Origin: Podarcis melisellensis
Taxonomy: Eukaryota
Direction: 5' to 3' (one strand)
DNA length: 64,000 nt
Assembly (NCBI GenBank): GCA_964234715.1
Contig: OZ174280.1
The notes beneath the pieces were generated by a model. The model was not told where the DNA came from, made no database searches, and saw only the letters and a program-made list of their open reading frames with translations. Within the stretch, counting starts at the first letter, position 1. Each line of letters opens with the position of its first letter. This document shows positions 37,539 to 49,226 of the stretch, piece after piece. The translations under genes were made by a program, and so were the position numbers.

Positions 37539-38767
37539 GTACTGTACTAGCAGAGTGGTTTCAAGAAATCTGGATTTAAAATCCTAGCCATTGTCATCTG
37601 AATGCTTCCTTCACTGCCACCCTCACCACCATGAGTGTCAAGTGCATACAAATATATACTTATATGTAAAAGAGAGGAACTCATGCCAAACTCAGAAATG
37701 CAGCATATAGCATGCCAGTTTCCCAATGGCAAGAGTTTTGGAGAGGTGATAGATTTTTGACTTGTGGTTCTTTTTTATGTAAGGTATAATGCTACCACTC
37801 AAGAGCAGGTTTTTCCCATATGTATGTTCTGTCAACCCAGCTCTTCCTTCATTTTACAAGGCCAGATGTGCTTAGCTTCAGCAGTAGTATTTCCTTAGGT
37901 GTTTTTAGTTTGTTTTACATGTGCCCTGGGCTCTTTAAAATATTGTGAGTCAAAGTAACTGGCAATTTTTGACTAGGAGAGAGAGAAGGGTAGCTTTAAA
38001 TGTTAATTTATTGGTTCAGTTTGGAATTTTATCAAATAATACGGTTCAATAAAATCATGCACTTAACCAACATTCCAGAAATCCTGCCCAGTAGTTAGTT
38101 AATCCAAATTTAGCACCATTAGGGGAAACTGTCAAACCAGAGATTAATGCCGCCTTTGGAAGCCCACCCATACTGAAGATCCATGCAACATACGTTCAGA
38201 ATTATAATGCATGCTTATCTCAAGAGCATGTGAGTGCCAGAATCATTGCCATGTTTTCCCCTTACCAGCCTTTTTCTTCAAGACAGGTTCATGTAATAAA
38301 GTTTAGTGCTACATTTTCAGATGTTGTTTTCACACCCAGAAGCATTTTCCAACATTACAGCAGCATCTTTAAAATGGAGACAAGGCCTTGTGTGACAAAT
38401 TCCGCCCAAAGCTAGTACAGCAAAAAAAACCCCAACATACTAATATTCTGTTGCAGCAACAGAACACTTCTCACACCCTCCATGCACAAACACGTAGGCA
38501 GCAATCCAGTGGGCAAAAATTATCTCCATTTAGGATTCCATAGCTTGCCATTTTTTTACTTCTTTTTTTTTTGCTTTCTGTTTCCTAAAATAAAACAAGA
38601 AAATTGTTTTAAACTCCCTTCTACTTCCCCTTGCACGTTAACAGCTCACAGCGCCTCTTCCTCCCCTGTAGTGAGATTAATAACCTGCTTCTGTGACTTA
38701 CACTTATGTCCTTCTCTCTCCCTTCTCCTTAACCTTTCCCATCCCGCTTCAACTCCCGGCCATACAG

Positions 38768-38827
38768 AGAATGAACAGCCTTCCCTCGTCTGGTTTGACA
38801 GAGGAAAGTTTTATTTGACTTTTGAAG
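38768..38827 (+). CDS. SGIP1: SGIP1 60-nt cassette exon (E)NEQPSLVWFDRGKFYLTFE
   Basis: catacag|AG...G|gtaagt; matches the recalled mammalian peptide. Confidence 0.95.
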
Positions 38828-41800
38828 GTAAGTAGTGCATAGCATACTGGGTTGGAACTTTAAGCCCCCACTTTGCTCTTATTATTTAATAGAAGCCCTT
38901 TGGTTTCCTACAAACAAACAAACCCATTCTACCTTTCTGTATGGTAATGCTATGGCTACTTAGATGACATGACGAGTTCAATCAGAATCATTTTAAAATT
39001 TGATTTGTACAACTGTGTCCCTTCAATTGTTATAATTTAAAGGGGGAATGGGGAAATAATTGTTGTTGATTTTTTTTAAAAAAAATCTTCTGGAGTTACT
39101 GATTATCAAAGAACTTGACTCTGTCAACCAGGGCTTCTTTGTATACACTTTGCAAGCAGTTTTTACACCTTATAGCAGCTACACATTATAAATATAGGTA
39201 GAATGTTCTATTATCCTGTTATCCATTTCTAAAGTTTTCCTTGCCATCATATTCTTAACCATGACAATCTCCCATTCCCCTAATAAATAGAGTATTTCAG
39301 AGAAATATGAAAAATACATTTGTATTTAGTGCTTGGATCATGTATCAAGACCGTTTGACGGGGTGGGGTGGATAAAAATAGTATTACAATCTGAATGTTG
39401 GTCAATTAATAAAAGTCCATTATCCCTTTGGTACTTCAGTGGTGTCATTTTAACATTTATGTAACCTTTTTCCAGCTTGGCTATACAGGAGAGTTAAAGC
39501 TTTCCTATATTAAATGTTTGATTTCATGAACCTGTTTTATTCTGTGGCAAATATCCCCTGGAGTAAAAATTGGTTGGCACACCTCAAGTTGTTTTTAGTA
39601 CGCCAAAAAAGTGTTCCAGAGCATTGTTGAACCTCCTGAACCATGGGAAGGTACTGCAGAGAAGTGGCGCAGAATCAGCAAAATCACCTCCCTCTACCTT
39701 CCCTTTGCAGAAACTCTACACTACAGGTTACCAATCCCTTTCCTCACAGAAGGGGCTCTTCCCTGAATGGAATGATAGCTTCTTAACCATATCTCTGGAA
39801 TTGCTCCACATATCTTGTTAATTCACCTCCGGGGATAAATTTATAAGAAAAAGAAAGTGTACTAGAATGACTGAGTTTCATATGAGCATGAAATGTTGTG
39901 ATCTGAAATGGAATATGTAAGTCAGTTAGCCAACAAGGTGCCCTCCAGATGTTCTGGACTACAGCTCCCATTATCCTCAGTCATTGGCCATGCTGACTGG
40001 GGCCGATAAAGTTATAGTTCAAAATGTTTGAAGGGCACCTGATGAAGATTGAGAAAGCTAAGTTTGATGGCTCTGGAAATGTTTTTCTGTTATAAACTAG
40101 GCAAAGCGAATGCATCTTTCATTCCTGTTAAGTCAGCCTCTGCCTAATCTTAACCAGTTACTGATAGGTCTTTGTGACTTGCAAATACTGATACGATCCT
40201 TTTAGTTTTCTAAGTTAAAGAAATACCCCCTAGTGGTTTATGTACCTTAAATGTACTTCACAGAACTAACATCATAGTACAACTCTTCTGCTATATGTAA
40301 AAGTTGTTGCCCATCTGCAAACAGTTGTTGTTTTTAATTAGTCTTGGGAAATTGTCCATATTTGGTGCCGGTAAACTTTAACTTTGTAGCAAAACAGCTA
40401 TGGGGGGGCAGCTTTAATTGAGTGCATGTTTCTCTCAGCAGTTAATTGTTTGGGCCTATACTCAAGCTGGGCTTGAGAGTCCTGTCAAAAGCAGCACTGG
40501 AGCTCTAGAAGTTTTTGCACCTGGTACCCTCCGTGCTTGTTTTTGGTGCCATGATGCCAAGTGGCGGACCCAATCTTCTTTTGTGGACATTGTTTTTGAC
40601 CTGTGCCTCTGCTAATTTACTTTTGTGTGTTTTGTTACATTTTATTTTTTGTAAGCCACCTCAAATTCCTTCAGTAGACAGAACGACAAGATAAAAATAT
40701 TTTGAATAAATAAAACAATATTGCCTAAACATGTGTAGAACCAACCCAGGGAATCCCTGTGGATTTGGCTCTGTGGATAAAGAACCTATCAGCACATTGG
40801 GGAAAGGCAGCATTCACACATGCACACTCCCAAGCAGACATTGATCCAGCACACTTTTAGTGCATTTGAATAGGGCTTTCATTTCTGTCATTCCAGCCTG
40901 CCTTTAAACAGCAAATATGGACAGTGGTTTGACTTCTTGTATTCACAAAGTCTATGATTTCCTGCTAGTGATTTCATGATTTATAATGGTGTTCTTGAAG
41001 CACTTGCATTGTTAAGTAAACAATTTCTGTCTGTAGGTAAGAATTATCTACATATTTTTGTTTAAATTTGATCAGTTTCCATATATTTTTAAATCTTGCA
41101 TAATCAGCTCATAAAAATACAGACAAATCTCTCAAAATAGGAAATGCCTTATACCTCAGGCTTGAGAATTTAAAAAATGGCCAAAATGCTAAGTCTTGTC
41201 ACTAGGGCAAAATCAACCACAGGTTAGTCCTAACCCTTCTTACATTGACTCCCTTACGGTTGAATCTGAGAGCCCTAGACTATATAGTTTTTAAAAGGTC
41301 TTCATCAGGTGCCAAAGAGGCATTACATAAACAAACAAACAAAAACAATAACCACATGTCAATAAAGCCTACTCAATAAAGCAATTCAATAACCTGTAAA
41401 CAAACCCAGTAGAAAAACAACAAAAACTTTAGCAGCAAGTACAATAAGAGCAGATGGTGCAAATTACCAAAAAGCTGGATTGATTTCTTAGTTTCTAATT
41501 GGATTTCTTTGACAAAGACTCCATTCAGCATTGACAGAATAAGTTTATTCAAGGCAAGGGGAATAAGCCACAAAGTGTTAGGTATTTTCCTGCAATTGCC
41601 CGTTTGTGGGAGGAGGAGTGGAAGAAAGGGAGTGATGAGAAGTAGGTGGTAAAGAGGAAGCCTGAGGAACTAAGTGAGGAGGACAGGATCCTGCAGATTC
41701 TGAAAAGGTTTACCCCAACCCTCCCCCCCAAAAAAAAGATGGTGCTGAAATCCCATCCCAGCAACTGCATCTGCGTCACTATCAGAAGCTGATGACTATC

Positions 41801-43439
41801 TATGGCAAAGCAGGATATTTGTTTGGATTTCTGCAAAGCTCAAGTTTATAATACATTTGAAGCCAATTTGCATCCTAAATAGAAGTTGTTCTTAAGGTTG
41901 GAGCCTGGTAGTTGGTGCTGCTAGACTTTCTTGTAGGGTAGAGTCACCAGATGTTCCCGGGGACAGTCCCCGGATTCACCAATCTGTCCCCGGACAAAAT
42001 CTGTTCCTGGAACATCCCCGGGGACAGCAGAAAATTTTAAGTGTGGGAGAACATTGGGCAAAGGAAATCATTGTACCGGTGCCATGTGTCCCAGTGCATG
42101 TGACCCATTGTCTAGGCCCAGCAGAGGGAGGAGTCAGCCTGCATTCACGTGGGATCTGCAAGATGGGATGGGATCCCCTTTTGTACTAACTCTGCATTGC
42201 TTATAAAGGCACTGTTGTTGTTCAGATGCCAAATGCAAACGGAGCATCATTGGGCAGCCTGCACTATGACCATAAGTTTGGTGCTACATAAAGCTCTCAA
42301 AACAGGAGCCTAGGAAGCTGCTTTATACCAAATTGGTTTGTTGGTCTATCTAGCTGTGATTTGGAATGGCTCTCCAGCATATCAAAAAGGGCCCTTCCTA
42401 TTTGGTAATTGCAGTTCATAGTGTTTAATGTTTACATTAAGTTTATTCAAGGCAAGGGGAATAAGCCACAAAGTGCTGTCTGTTGAAAACAAGCCAATGG
42501 TGTGTGGTGGACCCTCTTGGTTGCAGTTTTAGAAACTTGACAGATTCACTCTGTTTGGATAAAGCAGTGTAATACAGAAAGTGAGACAGGTGATGGTTAG
42601 TTTACAGAAAAAGAGAGTCCCAAGCAATCAGCAGTAGAGTTTGATCTCCCATCCTCTTCTTTAAACTACTGCCTAAAAAAATCTGCTGCCTTTGCAAACC
42701 TGCATCCTAAGTAATTATCAATCTCCAACTACATTGTACTGTAATGTAGTCACTAGTCAAGCCTTAAATTGTAGCCCCTCTGAGTCTGTCATCTGCTGCT
42801 GAGTTTTGTATGACACGTAACAAACTGATGCTTAATAAATACTAATACTTTTATCCCCAAGGAGCATATTTGACAGAAAAGTAATCTCTCATCTACAGAT
42901 ACATTTTGTGTTACTTTATTTTCCCAGCTTTTATGTCTCCGCTACAGTAATCCATGCCTCTGAAGCGCTTTGGTTTGTCATGATTGTAAATCACACTACT
43001 TGCAAATATCACATATGAAAGTTACATTAAAATTGCTGCTTCTGCAAATTTATCTCTTCACTTGTTGGGTAACATTTTAGAAAAGCTGTTTTCCATTTAG
43101 TGTGAATGTATTTCATAATCTCCAATAGTAACAATAGTTGGGTTTTTGTTGGGTCCAAAATATTGGTTCCCTACTTTTTCTTTCTTCTGTGAACTTAATT
43201 TAATTTTGTCTGCTTAGACGACATATTCTCAAATCAACTGCTTTGTGAATAAGAAGGCTGGTGTATTAGTTTATGCTTATTGGGTCTTCAAATCTTATTT
43301 AAAATGAAGAAGGGTGCTTAAGTCTATGGGACAGCAACTATATCCATCTGAAGTGTGCTGCCTAGCCTCTGCTTGACAATTTCAAAGCTAAAAGAGGTAT
43401 GAGAAAACTGGCATCTATGGCAACTCATGGGGCTGGCAG

Positions 43440-44880
43440 GTCAACTGAGTAAGACCTCCCTCATCCACAGTTTGATTTTGGATGAGGAGGTTGATCTGGT
43501 TTGTATCACTGAGACTTGGGTGGATGAGCAGGTTGGAGTTGATCTCACCGAACTGTGCCCATCTGGGTACTCAGGTTAGCATCAGGACAGACTTGAGGGG
43601 GGACTAGGGGAAGTTGCTGTGTTCTACAGAAATTCTCTCCCTCTCCTTCTCCCTGCTATCTGTACAGTTGGGGGATCTAAAGTGTGTGTTCCTGGCATTG
43701 GGCAATCAGGACAGATTAGGGATTCTGCTGTCTTGCTTCCCGCTCAGCTTTCTCCTTGCCTAAGCTTACAGAGCTGGGCTCAGAGGTGGTGTTGAGGACT
43801 CCCAGACTGCTGGTTTTGGGGGACTAACATCCATGCTGAAGCGAGTGGCTCTGGGGTGGCTCAGGACTTCATGGCTGCCATGATGACCATGGGGCTTTCT
43901 CAACATGCCATCGGTCCAACACATGTGGCAGGCCACACTCTGGACCTTATTTTCTCAACTGTTCTGGAAGAGGGTGATCTGAAAGTAGGGAGCATTGAAA
44001 TCAGTCTCTGGTCATGGTCAGATCACTTCCTGTTGAGATTTAGGCTTTAAGCATCTTTCCCCCTCTGCATGAGGATGGTTTGCCCTTGGAGGCTAATGGA
44101 TTGAGTGGGCTTCCAGGTGGCTCTGGGGGATTTTCTGGCTAATATGACTTGTGCTCCTGTTGAAGTCCTGCCTGACCTCTGGAACATCTGAATGGCTCAA
44201 ACCATTGATGCAATTGCCCCTGAGCTGCTCCTCCTGCTTCATGGAGCCCATTGGGCTCCCTGGTATACTCCAGAGCTTAGGGCGAGGAAACAAGCTGGAT
44301 GCAACTGCAAGTGGAGGGAAGATCTGGCTGAATCCAACCAAACAGTGGTGAGGGCTCATCATTGAGCCTACCTATTGGCAGTGAAGGCACAGGAACGAAG
44401 GCATCCTTTTTACCTCCATTGCATCCTCGCTATACCGCCTGGCATAGCTTTTCTGGGTAATACAGGCCTTTTAAAGTCTGGCCTTAGGCAGTTGACAGAA
44501 CAACAGTAGCTTGCTGTGACTTGTTTGCAAAGCATTTTTAGGACAGCATGGCTTGCATCTGTTACAGCACATGAATCCTGAGTTGTGTCCAGAGCACTGT
44601 CTAGTCTTGTTATGTTGGATAAGTTTCAGTTAGCAAGGCTAAAGAATGTGGGAAAGGTGCTTGGATAGGGTTGCCATATTCCAAACAGTGAAAATCCAAA
44701 CAGCAAATTCGACACTGCTGGTATGGATTTTATGCTGATGGATGCGGTATTCCAGATATGCCCAGGAAATTCAACACCTATGGCAGCCCAATGCTTGGAT
44801 CAGTTAGGGCGACCACTTGCGCTCTCTACCCTTGCCCATTTGGGCTGATAAAAACTAGCAGAGAGGGGACAGTTGTCTGT
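43440..44880 (+). mobile_element. L2 LINE ORF2 fragment (APE endonuclease region), decayed
   Basis: DLVCITETW, GPTHVAGHTLDLIFS and SWSDHFLLRF endonuclease motifs. Confidence 0.88.
44666..44791. mobile_element. hAT (Blackjack/Tip100-like) MITE nested in the L2
   Basis: TIR TAGGGTTGCCATA; perfect 8-bp TSD TGCTTGGA. Confidence 0.85.
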
Positions 44881-46607
44881 TTGATAAGCAATTGCAACAT
44901 AGAGAAGATAGGATTAACTGGCGGGCACTATAGCAGATCTCCACGGTGTGTCCATGGGCTTCAGACTTGGAGGAAAATTTCATCCTCTCTCTTTTTAACC
45001 TGCTCTGCACATGTTGAAATAACCATTGTTTTTCCTGTACATAGCTCACGGTTCTGACCAAAAATGAAATTTCAGGTTTAAATTCCCTCTTCTTGTTTGT
45101 ATATAAATATCACAGCTTATACAATTCACAACACTGATATTAAATATAACACCATGTAACCACTCACATTCATTCAACAACTAAACAGGCAATTTTATGT
45201 TAATTGATACTGTTATTTCCATGATGATTGCTTCATAATTGGTACACACTTGAACCAATTAATTTTACTTAGCCATGTAATTTTATCTTGACTATTTTGA
45301 ATTGATTTATTCACAGCGTACTCTGAAATTTTGCTGGTTCTGTCTATCTCTATTTGTCCCTAAGCAATAAAAGCATAACAGTATAAAATAATAAAATTTC
45401 AAGGTTACAGAACCCCAGTGCCTTAACCGTACCTCTCATTTTAACAAACTTTGATGTGCTGAAAGTTGTTGTGATAAATGAACCTGTCATATAAGCATCA
45501 AAATACATTTCAACGTCCGAGTTTATTTTCATATTTTGTGTAGTATTTTGAGTTGTATAATTGTGATATTAACAATGAGCTTTTCATTCTTAGCTCTTCT
45601 TTATTAATACTCTTCATATTCACAGCACAATTTGTAGAAGGACATTTTGTACTATTTAAGCTATAATAGATGTACTTTGTACCTGTCTAAAAGGGATGGC
45701 ATGAATAGGCTACAAGACAGAATTTACGCAAGAAGCTTTTATTACTTGCCTAAGGGCCAGACTACACATGATGGGCAATTCTCTAATTTTTCTTCCTTGT
45801 TGAGCAGCTAGGAAGCCAAAGCTTTGAGCAGAGAACCAGAACAGGGAGGGGCTGAAGAATGATTTCCTTTTCTACTGCTTGTTTGCTCAGAATCTCCCCC
45901 TGGCAGGGAAAGTCCAGGTTAAAAGAGCAATTTTCAGCAAATGGCAAAAATGGTTAGGATTAAGCAGCCTCTCCTTTTCGTTTTCCATTTCAGCTTCCCA
46001 TGGCTGCTTCTTATTCAGGAAGAAGGTGGGAGGGAGAAGCATGGAACTTGCTATATATCCATAACAATGATTTGCTTACATACATGTTAGTTCTCCCTAC
46101 ATGAGAATTTACAGCCTTGTGGTTTTGATCCATTTGTTCATGCTACACACAGCAGTGGCAAAAGTTGCTTAAAAACACAAGGTGGACATGCCCCTGTGAA
46201 TGATGTTTTGAACTATTTGCACCTGCTATGAACTGCAATTCTGTAATCCTTTTTGTTTGTTGTTGTGCTATGAATCTGGATGTGAAAGAGAGGGGAGGCA
46301 TGAATGCCTATGGTCTGTTTAAGACCACTTGTGCATTAATTACCTAAGAGTGACTAAATATGACCCGACTTTAACTGTTCTTTAATTGTTCCTCCAGGTC
46401 AAGTGTCAATTCCAAGCCAGGGTGATAACCTGGATAAATATTGCTTTTCGGTGTTAGATAGCTCAGCAGTGAAAATGGTCCTGTAGTCTAGGTTTCAACT
46501 CTACATCTGTAAGATGTGAATCAGAGTTATCTCTCTTACTGAATAGCTGTGAGGATGATTAAGGATTGCAAATCACTTTATGCAAGGAGAATATTCTGCA
46601 TGATGAC

Positions 46608-47025
46608 TAAAAAAGCAAATGCAGGCTACATAAACAGAAGCATAGCTTCCAGGTCACAAGAAGTAATAGTTCTACCCTATTTTTCTGCTGGTCAGCCAGC
46701 ATTTGAATAACAGTCTTCAAATATCTTCAGGGCCCTCATGCAGAAGATGGGATGAACTTGTTCTCTTTTGTTCCAGAGAGTAGAACTAGAACAAAGGGGT
46801 GGAAATTGCAAGGGAGCAGATTTTGGCTAAACATTGGGAGAGGCCACCTAATGGCAAGAACTGTTCTAGACTGTTAGAACAGTAAGGACTGGAACAAAGA
46901 CTGCCTTGGGAGGATGTGGCTATCCATTGGGGACACAATAAATGCTTCGTGCATTACGCAGCCTGCATTGTGTAGGGGGTTGGACTAGATAAACGCTGTG
47001 GTCCCTTACAACTCTGTAATTCTAT
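46608..47025 (+). mobile_element. CR1 LINE 3' end, internally deleted
   Basis: YINRSIASRSQEVIVL; GGGTTGGACTAGAT...GGTCCCTTACAACTCTGTAATTCTAT terminus. Confidence 0.88.
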
Positions 47026-47413
47026 AGTGTAAATAAAACATAAAATGAAAGTTTAGCAAAAAATTACACTTGCCTAAATCTATCAAGAAAAATAACTATG
47101 GAGAAACAACTTCTATCCTTTATAATTTCTTTGATAGATCTAAAACTACCTGGACAAATTGCATAGGAATGCACATTCAGAACCACATGGGCAGATTGCT
47201 GAGGGATTCACGTTCAAATATACTTTAGCATTATACGTATGGATGTAAGGCAATGTACAGCAATGCAGGTGGGCAACTTCACTTTCCAAAGTATTTGTCT
47301 AATCCTATAGGAGTTTCTTGCATGAGATTATAAGTCGATCAGGGCCACTTGATTACTGTTCTGTACATCTACTGGATTTTAAATATGTACTATAAATAAG
47401 AATTTAGACCAAG

Positions 47414-47751
47414 ATGTGGGTTAAACCACAGAGCCTAGGACTTGCCGATCAGAAGGTCGGCGGTTTGAATCCCCGCGATGGAGTGAGCTCCCATTGCTCG
47501 GTCCCTGCTCCTGCCAACCTAGCAGTTCCAAAGCACGTCAAAGTGCAAATAGATAAATAGGTACCGCTCTGGTGGGAAGGTAAACGACGTTTCCGTGCGC
47601 TGCTCTGGCTCGCCAGAAGCGGCTTAGTCATGCTGGCCACATGACCTGGAAGCTGTACGCCCGTTCCCTCGGCCAATAAAGTGAGAGGAGCGCCGCAACC
47701 CCAGAGTCGGTCACGACTGGACCTAATGGTCAGGGGTCCCTTTACCTTTAC
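47414..47751 (+). mobile_element. Sauria SINE (second subfamily, slightly 5'-truncated)
   Basis: Homologous to the 21204 copy; tail CCTTTACCTTTAC. Confidence 0.92.
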
Positions 47752-48169
47752 GGATTAAATATAAGGTTGGATAATTTGACACGTTGCTATCATAACTGGA
47801 AATGACCTATTTATTGAGGTCAGCTAGCTTAATTTGATTTACAAAGGTCATGCCACATCTGTCCTGCTGAAACATTTACCTTTTGCACTTGGAGAAGTGA
47901 CAGTTAAAAATGTATTACAGTGGTAACAGCTGAATTTATAACATGGGCAATAAGCAGTGACAACCCAAGCACCACTGAGATGATGAAACTAAATTACACC
48001 TTGATGGTTAATGTGACAAAATAAATTCTTGGGACGTTGGGAGACAGAAAAAGAGACAGAACCAAATAGTTTTTAACAACTGCTTACCACACATCATACA
48101 ATTAAAGTATGTGACTTACCCCAGTGAAACAAAAAGGGATTGGGAAGCGCTCCAATACGATCTCTCCAA

Positions 48170-48400
48170 TATGTACGAATGGGCAAATGCAGTTCAGTGG
48201 AAATAAGGATAAAGTGATGAACGTCAGGGCAAAAAAAATCTTAATTTCACATATATGCTCATGGTGTCAGTTTCTCACCAGAAACGAGACATTAGGGTTA
48301 TCGTGCATAGTTGGATGAAGACATTGGGCCTGTGTATGGCAACTGTAAAGAAGGCAAATTCTATCCCAGGAAATAGGAATTTAATTGGAAAAAACCCTGA
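48170..48400 (+). mobile_element. CR1 RT C-terminal fragment
   Basis: QMQFSGNKDKVMNV and KRDIRVIVHSWMK...ATVKKANSI motifs. Confidence 0.75.
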
Positions 48401-48856
48401 GAAGAAGCCAGGTATAATACAGGTAGCAGCTTATAATAGAAAACAATTTAGTCTAAGGAAACTCCACAGAAGTACTGCAGCTATCAAAATTGGGTTAACC
48501 CATTAGCTTCTTTAAAGTGAATGGTTAGTCTTAATTATAAAAATAATTCTTCCGTCCCACAACAATCCAGATTCTGGAGTTCATGAAAGATTTGTCACAA
48601 AACTTCATAAAATTCCTGACAATGCCTCATGTTGGTTCAGTTCAAACTGTGTGTGTACAACCATCACACATATGCAAAGGTATGCATAGTGCTAAATTAT
48701 CATATTTTGCTGTTATCGGGATGTAGATTTATATACCTATCCTGTGTTTTTCCCCATTTCATTTGCATCAATGGGCAAGGCCAATTGTGATGCTTCTATT
48801 CTTCTACACATCCATTCCATCTAGTGCATACCAGTTATCCTGTTCCTGTGTGGTTA

Positions 48857-49226
48857 AAGGTGAAGGGAAAGGTACCCCTGCCCGCACACGGGCCAGTCGT
48901 GTCCGACTCTGGGGTTGCGCGCTCATCTCGCTCAAGAGGCCGGGAGCCAGCGCTGTCTGAAGACACTTCCAGGTCACGTGGCCAGCGTGACGAAGCTGCT
49001 CTGGCGAGCCAGCACCAGCGCCGCACACGGAAACGCCGTTTACCTTCCCGCTATAAAGCGGTACCTATTTATCTACTTGCACTTAAGAGTGCTTTTGAAC
49101 TGCTAGGTGGGCAGGAGTTGGGACCGAATGACGGGAGCTCACCCCGCCGCGGGGATTTGAACCGCCGACCATACGATCGGCAAGTCCTAGGCACTGAGGT
49201 TTTACCCACAGCGCCACCCGCGTCCC
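48857..49226 (-). mobile_element. Sauria SINE, full length and young
   Basis: Perfect 14-bp TSD TTCCTGTGTGGTTA; CpGs largely intact; A/B boxes present. Confidence 0.95.

Noticed and set aside
38726-38733. Perfect U12 branch consensus TCCTTAAC before exon 38768
   Set aside because: It is about 34 nt from the AG and no upstream U12 donor was found (GTATGTCCTTT at 33750 is not RTATCCTT); it also fits a U2 branch site.
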